A stretch of 64,000 bases of DNA from contig JBCCHT010000003.1 of NCBI GenBank assembly GCA_039028615.1, positions 453,632-517,631 on the forward strand, written 5' to 3'. Positions 56,176-64,000 of this stretch are shown here, piece by piece. This DNA is from Myxococcota bacterium. GTDB lineage: Bacteria > Myxococcota_A > Polyangia > Nannocystales > Nannocystaceae. Both the position numbers and the translations under genes were made by a program. The notes under the pieces were generated by a model that saw only the letters and a program-made list of their open reading frames with translations, made no database searches and was not told the DNA's origin. Position 1 is the stretch's first letter; each line of letters begins with the position of its first letter.

Positions 56176-56967
56176 TCACGCATCCGCGAGGAACCACGCC
56201 TCCGTCGCTTCGTCGGCCGGGTAGTAGCACTCGATCCGCAGCTCCTGGGCGGTGATGTCCAGCGGCGTGCCCAACGAAGAGACGGTCGTGAATAAGCGCA
56301 GCTCGACGCCGTCGTTGCGCGTGTGCAGCGGGACCATCACCTGGTTGGCGTCGGCCGGGGCGGGCTCGCGAAAGGCCTGCGGCATGCCGGGATAGGCCAG
56401 CAGAGCCCTCGCCAGCTCGGCCACCGTCTCGTCTTGCTGGGCTTCGCGGACCAGTCGGGCCACCAACACCCGCGAGACCTCCTCCCAGTTGATCACGAAG
56501 CGACGCATGCCCTGCGGGTGAAAGAGCAGGTGCAGCGCGTTGCGGGCGTGGACCCCCAGCGCCGCGTAGTCGGGGGGCGCATGGGCCAGCATGCGTTGGG
56601 CTCCGCCGTTGCTCATCACCAGGTTCCAGCCGCGATCGACCACGATGGCGGGGAACGGCTCCTGCCGCTCACAGATGAGGTCCAGGGCGCGGCGTACGTG
56701 GGTCATCTGGGGCTCGGCGATGCCGCTCTCGCGGTACACGGGGGCGAACCCGGCCGCGACCAGCAGGGCATTGCGCTCGCGCAGCGGCACGTCCAATGCC
56801 GAGGCCAGCACCAGCACCATCTCGCGACTCGGCTGCGACCGACCGTTTTCCACGTAGCTGATGTGGCGGGTCGACACCTCGGCCTGCTCGGCCAGAGCCA
56901 GCTGGCTCAGCCCACGGGCCGTTCGCCAGCGACGGAGCAGAGGGCCGACGGTGGCGGTGGCAGGCAT
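56176..56967 (-). CDS. XRE family HTH regulator with MmyB-like ligand-binding domain
   Basis: LRRWR..SQLALA..STRHISYVENGRSQPS, PFPAIVVD, LGTPLDIT..ELRIE..PAD. Confidence 0.92.
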   Translation of the reverse strand: MPATATVGPLLRRWRTARGLSQLALAEQAEVSTRHISYVENGRSQPSREMVLVLASALDVPLRERNALLVAAGFAPVYRESGIAEPQMTHVRRALDLICERQEPFPAIVVDRGWNLVMSNGGAQRMLAHAPPDYAALGVHARNALHLLFHPQGMRRFVINWEEVSRVLVARLVREAQQDETVAELARALLAYPGMPQAFREPAPADANQVMVPLHTRNDGVELRLFTTVSSLGTPLDITAQELRIECYYPADEATEAWFLADA

Positions 56968-57000
56968 GACCGAAGGGTAACGCGGCCGGGTGCAGGTGGG

Positions 57001-57019
57001 CATGACCTGCGAGGTCATG
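57001..57019. promoter_or_regulatory. Putative XRE/MmyB operator
   Basis: Perfect inverted repeat CATGACCT-GCG-AGGTCATG between the divergent XRE and NADAR genes. Confidence 0.75.
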
Positions 57020-57044
57020 TCGTAGCGGCTATGCTCGAGCCACC

Positions 57045-57620
57045 ATGAAGGACGCCTCCCAGACCCGCAGCGTCGACGAGCTCACCCAGGCCCTGCAGGC
57101 CGGGGCCAAGGCCAAGTACGTATTGTTTTGGGGGCATACCGGCAAGCCCGGGCACGACGTGGGTCCGTGGGTCTTCAGCCAGTGGTTCCACGCGCCCTTC
57201 GAGCACGAAGGCTGCAGCTACCCCACCGCCGAGCACTGGATGATGGCCGGCAAGGCGCGCCTGTTCGACGACGACAAAGCGCTCGCGGCCATCCTCGCCG
57301 CCTCGAGCCCTGCGGAGGCCAAGCACCTCGGTCGCACCGTGCGGCGCTTCGACGAGGCCACCTGGGTCGCCAAGCGCTTCGAGTTGGTGGTCGAAGGCAA
57401 CGTGCTCAAATTCTCGTCGTCGGAGACGTTGCGGAAGTATTTGCTCGGGACGAAGAACCGGGTCTTGGTCGAGGCCAGCCCGGCCGATCGGATCTGGGGC
57501 GTCGGGTTTGCGGCCGATCACGCCAACGCCACGCGCCCGGACCAGTGGCGGGGGCTGAACCTGCTCGGCTTTGCGTTGATGCAGGCGCGAGCGCGCCTGC
57601 TGGACGCAGGCGCGCAGTAG
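57045..57620 (+). CDS. NADAR family protein (YbiA/DUF1768)
   Basis: FWGH, FSQW, TAEHWMMAGKA, AKHLGR, LVEASPADRIWG, GLNLLGFALM. Confidence 0.93.
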   Translation: MKDASQTRSVDELTQALQAGAKAKYVLFWGHTGKPGHDVGPWVFSQWFHAPFEHEGCSYPTAEHWMMAGKARLFDDDKALAAILAASSPAEAKHLGRTVRRFDEATWVAKRFELVVEGNVLKFSSSETLRKYLLGTKNRVLVEASPADRIWGVGFAADHANATRPDQWRGLNLLGFALMQARARLLDAGAQ

Positions 57621-57629
57621 GGCTCGCGC

Positions 57630-58427
57630 TCAGCCGCTCTGCTCGTCGGTGGACTGCGAGCAGTGGCACTTCGATTCGATGAACTCCGCGCAAGCGTCCT
57701 TTTGGTCGGTGTTGGTGCCGCCGCCGTCGTCGGACGTGGGGGTGCAGTATGTCTCGCAGTCGTTGTCGCAAACGTCTGAGCAGATGCCCGAGGTGCAGTC
57801 GGCCTCTTTGCAATCGTTGTAGCAGGACGCTTCGATCTTCTTCTCGCCAATACCGCACGCGAGGATGACCTCGGCCGGTGGTTTGAACGAACAGCAGGTC
57901 TGGTCCTCCCTGCATCCCGCTCCGATTGGATCGACTGGATCGACAGGATCCGGTGGGTCCCATGGATCCGGGGGGAGCGTTATGTCGATGAACGCCCACT
58001 CGAAGTAATCCGGGCGCTCGTACGATGGATCCAGGCGAGGTCCAGTGCCGGGCTTTCCGTATCCCGGCAGTCCAGTCAGGGCTTCGTGCGTTCCCATGAC
58101 GACTTGCGGAGGGTGCTGCAAGAAGTGATTCTGCAGCGCGGCAGCCTCTACGGCGTAGTATCCGATGCAATCGCCACTCAGCGCGGTGTCCTTGAATGCG
58201 GCAGCGGAAGCGGCCGTCAGCCGACAGTCGAACGCCTTGAAGTTCGGCGGACCCACGTCGATCAGCTCAACTTCGAGATTGGCACCACGGATGGTCAGCT
58301 TGGCGAACTTCGAGTTCCCGTCCGTGATGGGGGCCACGGTTGGCTTGCATCCGTCGCAGCTCAACGCCGCGACTCCGGCCACGAACAGCGCGGCCACTAT
58401 GGTGTACTTCCGAGTACCGTTACTCAT
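57630..58427 (-). CDS. Hypothetical Cys-rich secreted/lipoprotein
   Basis: ATG 58427; signal ending ALSC; PPDP/PVDP linker; Cys-rich C-terminal domain; atypical codon usage. Confidence 0.75.
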   Translation of the reverse strand: MSNGTRKYTIVAALFVAGVAALSCDGCKPTVAPITDGNSKFAKLTIRGANLEVELIDVGPPNFKAFDCRLTAASAAAFKDTALSGDCIGYYAVEAAALQNHFLQHPPQVVMGTHEALTGLPGYGKPGTGPRLDPSYERPDYFEWAFIDITLPPDPWDPPDPVDPVDPIGAGCREDQTCCSFKPPAEVILACGIGEKKIEASCYNDCKEADCTSGICSDVCDNDCETYCTPTSDDGGGTNTDQKDACAEFIESKCHCSQSTDEQSG

Positions 58428-58970
58428 CGTCGTCTCACTCCTTCGTTCGACCAGCACAGACCAGACCCTCAGCGTTACACGGGGAACGATCGCTCACAAG
58501 CGTCGATAACAGCCTAATTCGGAACGCTGCGCGGTATTTTGAACGAAGAAAGTTCGAGTGTCAGATTCGGGAGCGAGACGCAGTACAGGTCTTTGGACCG
58601 AGTTGCGACGACGCGAAAAAGTGACGGTGGTTCATCCTCGTTCGAGGCCTCGAGGCGCATCGCCCCGGTGGTTCGAAGCAATCGTCGTGGCCATCGACCG
58701 GCTACTGTTGTTGCTCGTCCATCATCGTTTTCCGCGTGCTGCGAAGGTCTACGGGGCGCTCACGACGGGCGCCGTTCGTGTGCAAACCCGTCGAAAAATC
58801 GACGCGTTCATCGGCTGTGGGGCGACCCCGTAGAAGGCCGATTGGAGGCCGCTGGTGGCTGCTGACGACCGATTGGCCGAACTGCGAAATGCACCGCAAT
58901 CCGGCTTCGAACAAATGACCCCCATCCGGGTGGCCGCTCCCTCGTTTAGGGGTCAGTATCCGCAAAGACC

Positions 58971-59387
58971 ATGTTCGTCATTCGCCAAGAGCAACGCCAC
59001 GCCCTCGGTCGCGAGGGCACTGTTGGCTTCGGGGCTCGGATGTCCGAGCACCTGCTGGAGCACTTTCCCGCGCAGTGCCAGGCATTGCCCGAGGGCGAGC
59101 TCGAGCGCATCATCGCCGACGGCATCGAGCGAGCCGCGGAGCATCACCTCTTCGCCGAGGTCTGCGTCAGCAAGTACCTCATGCTCATGTTCACCTTCGG
59201 GGCGGACTTCGACCGCAGCGAGTGGCTGAGCGAGATGGTCGACGAGCACCTCGACTTCAGCGAGGGGCGCCACGAGTTCTTCCGCATCGACGACCTGGTC
59301 GATGCGGCTCTGCAGCGGCTCGAAGAGGAGCCCTGGCTTGCGCAGCTGGGCATCGGCGTCCAGCGGGAGGTCCGACTCAGTGCCTGA
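58971..59387 (+). CDS. Hypothetical protein resembling small helical proteins found in secretion-effector loci
   Basis: MFVIRQEQ..GIERA..FGADFD pattern; family resemblance recalled, not searched. Confidence 0.65.
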   Translation: MFVIRQEQRHALGREGTVGFGARMSEHLLEHFPAQCQALPEGELERIIADGIERAAEHHLFAEVCVSKYLMLMFTFGADFDRSEWLSEMVDEHLDFSEGRHEFFRIDDLVDAALQRLEEEPWLAQLGIGVQREVRLSA

Positions 59388-59640
59388 TCCACAGCAGCAG
59401 GGGCTCCGCAGCGGCTCTGAAGACGCAGACGGGAAGTTCTCGAGCACGCCGGTCGACAACACCACCTCCGAGTGCGACCACGGCATCGGCTTCGTCACCG
59501 AGGCCCAGAGCGACGACGACCCGGAGTTCGAGGTCGAGTCCGAGAGCGACGACGACGAGATCGTGTTCGAGGCGTCGGCGTACGCCGAGCCCGACGACGA
59601 CTCCGCGGTCTGGGTCGACGAGGTCGACGACGAGGACTGA
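59380..59640 (+). CDS. Small highly acidic protein (86 aa)
   Basis: GTG 59380 overlaps the upstream stop; D/E-rich; host-like codon use; followed by a terminator. Confidence 0.6.
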   Translation: MPDPQQQGLRSGSEDADGKFSSTPVDNTTSECDHGIGFVTEAQSDDDPEFEVESESDDDEIVFEASAYAEPDDDSAVWVDEVDDED

Positions 59641-59659
59641 GGCATACCGCGCCTCCGAC

Positions 59660-59696
59660 GAACGAAAGGGCACCCGCGGGTGCCCTTTTTGCGTTC
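59660..59696. terminator. Bidirectional intrinsic terminator
   Basis: AAAGGGCACCC-GC-GGGTGCCCTTT perfect inverted repeat plus T-run, between convergent genes. Confidence 0.8.
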
Positions 59697-59796
59697 GAAA
59701 GGGAACAACCAAGAAACTCGGGCCACCCGTCCCACTCGCGACCCGAAGGCGAGCGGGGGAGTGACCCGAGTGTTCGTGGCGATGGTGCCGGCTGGC

Positions 59797-60819
59797 CTAG
59801 CCCTTGGCTTGCCGGAGCGCCTCTTGGCTGACGAGGGCGGCGGGGAAGGGCCCCTCCATGTGCTCGCTCGAGAACGCGTAGATGAAGTAGGTCTGCGCCG
59901 CCTGCATGCCCCGATGGGCGACCAGGTCGATCGCGAACACGCCCGTGACTTCGGGGTCGGCGGGGTCGATGGTGTCCGTGCTGGGCACGAAGAGCCGGAG
60001 GATCTTGGTCCCGACGCCATCGGCCGGCACCACGAGCAGGGTGATCCCCACCACCGCGGTGGTGGGCGTACCCGGGGTGATCGGGCTGTCGATGATCTGC
60101 TTCACCCGCTCGTGATCGTGGGGCACGAGCCGGAACGAACCGTCGATGCGGCACTGGGCCCCGGGCTCGATCACGGTGACTCGGTCCACCCGCAGGCTGA
60201 CGCCGCGCTCGTCGGGGATGGGCAGCGACTGGGGCCCGGCCGTATACGAAGGCAGCGGCCCTTCGCCCAGCTGAGGCCGAACCTCGGGCGCGGGGGTCTT
60301 GCGAGCCTGCTGCGCGAGAAACTGCGCGACGGCCTCGTCTTGATAGACCTCGGCGGACTGAGTGAGCTGCACGTCGACGCGATTGGAGACCCTGTCTCGC
60401 ATGATGGCGGTGAGCCGCAGGCGTCCCGTTTGCCAGGGAAGGTCGAGTTTTTCACGCAGGTCGGGCGTGGCCGTATCGGTCATCTCGCCGTCGAGGTCCT
60501 CCTCGGCGGGAAGCTCGTCTTCCTCTTCGGGATCCTCGTCGTCGTTGATCCGCGCGACATAAAAGTAGTTGCGCTCGAGGTCCATCGCCGTGACGAAGGC
60601 GTGGATGTTGAAGTCGAGGGTGAAGATGTCTTGGGTGGTGCCCGCACGCACCACCATGGCGGGCAGCGAGTCGCGTTTGTCGATCTCCACGCGGGTCGGC
60701 CCGTCGATGGCGATGGAGTCGCGGCCCTGGTCCCACAATCGCTCCGCCACGTCCATCACGGTGCGGGTCGGGTCGGTCCAGAACTCGTCGTCGTTGAGTC
60801 CGAATCGTTCGTCGGTCAT
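59797..60819 (-). CDS. Hypothetical acidic protein, candidate immunity/partner protein
   Basis: ATG 60819 with GAGG RBS, 11 nt after the upstream stop; no signal peptide. Confidence 0.75.
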   Translation of the reverse strand: MTDERFGLNDDEFWTDPTRTVMDVAERLWDQGRDSIAIDGPTRVEIDKRDSLPAMVVRAGTTQDIFTLDFNIHAFVTAMDLERNYFYVARINDDEDPEEEDELPAEEDLDGEMTDTATPDLREKLDLPWQTGRLRLTAIMRDRVSNRVDVQLTQSAEVYQDEAVAQFLAQQARKTPAPEVRPQLGEGPLPSYTAGPQSLPIPDERGVSLRVDRVTVIEPGAQCRIDGSFRLVPHDHERVKQIIDSPITPGTPTTAVVGITLLVVPADGVGTKILRLFVPSTDTIDPADPEVTGVFAIDLVAHRGMQAAQTYFIYAFSSEHMEGPFPAALVSQEALRQAKG

Positions 60820-60830
60820 GATTCGTGCCT

Positions 60831-62903
60831 CTAGTAGTCGTTCGTCTTGCGGGCGTTCCACGGTTTGTGGAGGTCCACGAGCTTACGCGCCTTGATGTAG
60901 TCCTTGCAGGTGTCGCAAAACGCGGGGCGGTCGTCTTTGTCCCCACCGCAGTGGAACATGATGCAGGTGCCGCGTTTGTCCTCGAACTTGGGGTGAGCCT
61001 TGTTCGGCACGCCATGTGCGCAGTGAGGCCCCTGCCCGAGGTCGCGATACCCATTGCCGTCGAGCTCGACGTCTTCGCAGTAGTACAGACCGCCCGCGTC
61101 GACGGTGGCGGGTTCCGGCATTCCGGGAGGCACCTTGGAGCGCGTGCTGACGATCGTCATGCCCATGCTGTGGCCGAGCTCGTGGCACAGGGTCGACGCG
61201 ATGGCGCCGAGGTTCTTGCCCGGCTTGATGCACATGACCTGCCGACCGTCGCTCGCCTTGAAACCGTTGACCTTGCCCGCGGTCTTGATCGAGCACGAGA
61301 CCTTGATCTTGCACTTCTGGGCGCTGTGGTTGCCGACGATGCTCCCGGGGTCGTCCGGGTTGGAGTCGGGCAGCACGACCTTGACCTTGGATGTGCTCTC
61401 CCAGGAAAAGACGCCGTCGTCGAGCTTGCCCTTGCGTGGGGTACCGTCCTGGTTGAGCCCGGGGTGCGTGAAGGTGCCCGGAGGGCCTTCGTACTGCGCC
61501 GGGTTGTCGACCACGGCCTCCCACTTGCCGCTGCCGCGCTTGAAGTTCCAACGCAGCATCCATCCCTTGACCGTCAGTGACCGGGTCTTGCCGGCCACGG
61601 TCTTTCGGAGGGGCTTGTAGGACGACAGGTCGCCACCCGTGATCTCGGTCATCAAGATGCCGATGCGGGTCAGGTCGCCGCCCTCGAATGCCTTGGGGAA
61701 GCTGCTCTGCCCGCGGCCGAAGACCATGCGGTCCCGGCCTGGAAAACCGCATTTGTCGCCCGCGATCACGTCTTTGCGCGCCTCTTTGGCCGTGAAGCGG
61801 TGGAGCTTGTTCAGCTCGTACTCCACGAAGGTGGGCGCGAGCCGGCTCGTGGCCACCGACTTGATGCCGGTATGGATGTCGTAGCCCAGCGAGTGGGTGC
61901 TATCCATGTCGGGCTCCATGAAGTCGGGGTACATCAGCTCGTAGCTGATGCGCCGCCAGGTGACGAATTCCACCGTCGCGTCGGTGTAGTCGTCGGTCAT
62001 GCCGATGCTGATGTTGCACTTCTCGCCGCCGGCGTAGCCGAGCACGACCTTGAACTTGCCCGTGCCCTTGCTGTCCAGCTTGACCTTACCCTCGAAGGTC
62101 TTGTTGCTGTTCGATTTCGTTGGCGAGCCGACGTTGGTTGTCTTGAGCTCGGGCACCGGGTGGCTGCGCTTCGTCCGATCGGAGAACTCGACCTTGACGT
62201 ACACGATGTCGTTTTGTTGCGCGAGGTTGTTCTCGCCGGTCACCTCGAGCTCGATCTCGTGGCCGAAGGGCTGCTGGGTGGACCAGCTCCCCTCGGGCTC
62301 GAGGTTGACGTACTGCTTGAACGAGTTGCCGTCGTTGATCCCCGCCGTCTTGAAGATCGCCTTGTACGCGTTCTTCTTGACCTTGTAGGTGCGCTCGCGC
62401 CCGGTCTGCTCTTGGACGTCGACCAGCTCGAAAGGGGCTGCGTCGCTCACCGACCAGGGCCCCAGGGGGGCCTGGCCCGTCCATTGCCCGTTTTGCTTGG
62501 CCTGCTTGGTGACGGGTTTTTTACCCCCGTTCAGCCGGAACTTGGCCTTCTTGTGATCCTTGTTGTTGTCCGAGGTCAGGATGACCTTGGCCTCTTTGAC
62601 GTACACGAGGTACTTCTCGTCTACGTTCTGCTCCTGAGTCCCGTTGCTTCCGCCCCGGTAGTCGACGGAGGCCTTGAAGCTCACCTTGTATTTGTCGAGG
62701 CCGTCGGGAACGTCGGGCAGGACGTAGTCGTGAGTCGCCTTGCTCTTGCTGTAGCTCGCCTTGATCGGCGAGGTGTCGAAGGCCTCGTTTTCGGGGTCGA
62801 AGGACGGGATGAAATGCACCGTCTTCACCTTGGTGGGGTTCCGGGTGACCTTGACCTTGAGCGCGACCTTGCTCTTCTCGTACTTCTTTTTCGTAGACGG
62901 CAT
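60831..62903 (-). CDS. Lys-rich protein with C-terminal HExxH zinc-peptidase-like domain, candidate secreted effector
   Basis: ATG 62903; CHELGHSMGM..GPHC..CIMF..FCDTC; beta-rich N-terminus; no signal peptide. Confidence 0.78.
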   Translation of the reverse strand: MPSTKKKYEKSKVALKVKVTRNPTKVKTVHFIPSFDPENEAFDTSPIKASYSKSKATHDYVLPDVPDGLDKYKVSFKASVDYRGGSNGTQEQNVDEKYLVYVKEAKVILTSDNNKDHKKAKFRLNGGKKPVTKQAKQNGQWTGQAPLGPWSVSDAAPFELVDVQEQTGRERTYKVKKNAYKAIFKTAGINDGNSFKQYVNLEPEGSWSTQQPFGHEIELEVTGENNLAQQNDIVYVKVEFSDRTKRSHPVPELKTTNVGSPTKSNSNKTFEGKVKLDSKGTGKFKVVLGYAGGEKCNISIGMTDDYTDATVEFVTWRRISYELMYPDFMEPDMDSTHSLGYDIHTGIKSVATSRLAPTFVEYELNKLHRFTAKEARKDVIAGDKCGFPGRDRMVFGRGQSSFPKAFEGGDLTRIGILMTEITGGDLSSYKPLRKTVAGKTRSLTVKGWMLRWNFKRGSGKWEAVVDNPAQYEGPPGTFTHPGLNQDGTPRKGKLDDGVFSWESTSKVKVVLPDSNPDDPGSIVGNHSAQKCKIKVSCSIKTAGKVNGFKASDGRQVMCIKPGKNLGAIASTLCHELGHSMGMTIVSTRSKVPPGMPEPATVDAGGLYYCEDVELDGNGYRDLGQGPHCAHGVPNKAHPKFEDKRGTCIMFHCGGDKDDRPAFCDTCKDYIKARKLVDLHKPWNARKTNDY

Positions 62904-63129
62904 GGCTAATCTCGCGTTGCGGCGGAGGCAACGTTCCCAGTGCGGTGCAGCGGCCAAAAAACTAGCATGGGAATCTCCAGGTGCACGTGGCTCGATCGGT
63001 GACCAGCTCACGTTTGGACGCCGTATTTCAGTGTTTGGCGATGGCTACTGTTGCCGCCATCGGTGGCAGTTGTCGTCGGTGGCACGATGGCTGATTTTGT
63101 TGCAGCCACCTCGACGAGACATCGCTACG

Positions 63130-63621
63130 ATGCCGGCCATGCGTTCCGCCGTCCCCTTCTTCTTTGGCCTGGTGCTGGCCTGCGATGCCCCGGCAAAGGC
63201 CCCGAGCAAGTCGGCGTCGGAGGAAGCATCTGCGCCGGCCGCCGCGAAATCACCGACCCCTGCACCCGAGCCGGCCGCGTTGCCCCCGGCCCCCGACGGC
63301 GCCGTGATCATCGATCGGGTCTACGTGCAGACCTGTGCGCAGCCCGAAGCTTGCCCGGATCTCATGCAGAAGCCGGGCGCGGAGCACTGCGCAGGGCTTC
63401 AGCTGGGCGGGCTGTCGTGGCGCTTGCCCACGCTCGAGCAGCTGCAGTCGTGGCGGGGCAACGCTGACCTGAAGCGCTTCGACGTGATGCACTGGAGCGG
63501 CAGCGTATGGAAGGAAGACGCGGGACAGGTGTGGATCTACGATCCGGGCTCGAACGCCAAGACCACGGCCAAGCCGGATCGCAAGCCATTCGTGATCCGA
63601 TGCGTGGCCGAGCCCGCGTGA
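63130..63621 (+). CDS. Lipoprotein with DUF1566/Lcl-like domain
   Basis: LVLAC lipobox; C..LQLGGLSWRLPTLEQL, HWS, IRCV. Confidence 0.8.
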   Translation: MPAMRSAVPFFFGLVLACDAPAKAPSKSASEEASAPAAAKSPTPAPEPAALPPAPDGAVIIDRVYVQTCAQPEACPDLMQKPGAEHCAGLQLGGLSWRLPTLEQLQSWRGNADLKRFDVMHWSGSVWKEDAGQVWIYDPGSNAKTTAKPDRKPFVIRCVAEPA

Positions 63622-63744
63622 AGTGATGGGGGCGGGGGCACCTCAGGGGGTCCCTGATTCATCTCCGCGCGACCGCCCACGGCGTAGTGTGCGCTACGCA
63701 GGAAGAGTTGGCCCCACAGCGAGAACCTGGTTACGTTGTGGTCT

Positions 63745-64000
63745 GTGACCGACGAAACCACGGGCGAGTCTCGGTCTCGCGAAGAGCTTCGTTCGCTCGA
63801 AGACTGGCCGCTGATCGACGCGTGGGGATCCGGCGACCGGCGGGCGGCCGCCGTCTTCGTGGAGCGCTACTCGGGCTTGTTGCTGCGGTTCTTCCGCAAC
63901 AAGGTCCGCGACAGCGAGGACGGCAGCGAGCTCGTGTCCGAGACCATGCTGGCGTGCGTCGGGGCGATCCCGCGGGTGGAAAACCGCAAGCAGTTTCGCC
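63745..64000 (+). CDS. ECF RNA polymerase sigma factor, partial (5' part)
   Basis: Own translation from GTG 63745: ..LIDAWGSGDRRAAAVFVERYSGLLLRFFRNKV..ELVSETMLAC..QFR (sigma region 2); runs off the window. Confidence 0.85.
   Translation, partial: MTDETTGESRSREELRSLEDWPLIDAWGSGDRRAAAVFVERYSGLLLRFFRNKVRDSEDGSELVSETMLACVGAIPRVENRKQFR

Noticed and set aside
63080..63095. Sigma-54-like TGGCACG-N4-CTGA upstream of the DUF1566 gene
   Set aside because: The -12 element lacks the conserved GC, too weak to call

Overview
High-GC, gene-dense bacterial DNA with a myxobacterial look (probably Nannocystineae). This is inferred from the many lipoproteins, three Ser/Thr kinases, two ECF sigma factors, a Myxococcus Cys-rich repeat and a GK(A/G)D-motif secreted protein. 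About 57 coding regions can be supported; no rRNA, tRNA, CRISPR array or transposase is visible. Main blocks: (1) an orphan DpnA-like adenine DNA methyltransferase with its own terminator; (2) a lipoprotein fused to a pilin-like domain, a YjbR protein with a histone-like tail, and a ParE-type toxin-antitoxin pair whose toxin start looks frameshifted; (3) a TetR-controlled, translationally coupled Rieske oxygenase / aldehyde dehydrogenase / GMC oxidoreductase / YceI operon with a perfect operator, plus a nearby extended SDR, together suggesting a methyl-oxidation or sterol-demethylation-type pathway; (4) a large glycosylation region (ceramide glucosyltransferase-like, GT-B, GT2, methyltransferase, GT-C proteins) and a second GT-C pair; (5) an ECF-kinase pair, an M23 peptidase interrupted by an in-frame TAG, and cobT-cobS-cobC; (6) SGNH, LysM-MepA, GST, AraC, and XRE-NADAR with a perfect palindrome; (7) a compositionally distinct island encoding a basic HExxH protein and an acidic partner that resemble an effector/immunity module. 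All family calls are from motifs read by eye, with no database search. Many starts were moved from the ORF track to more plausible codons.
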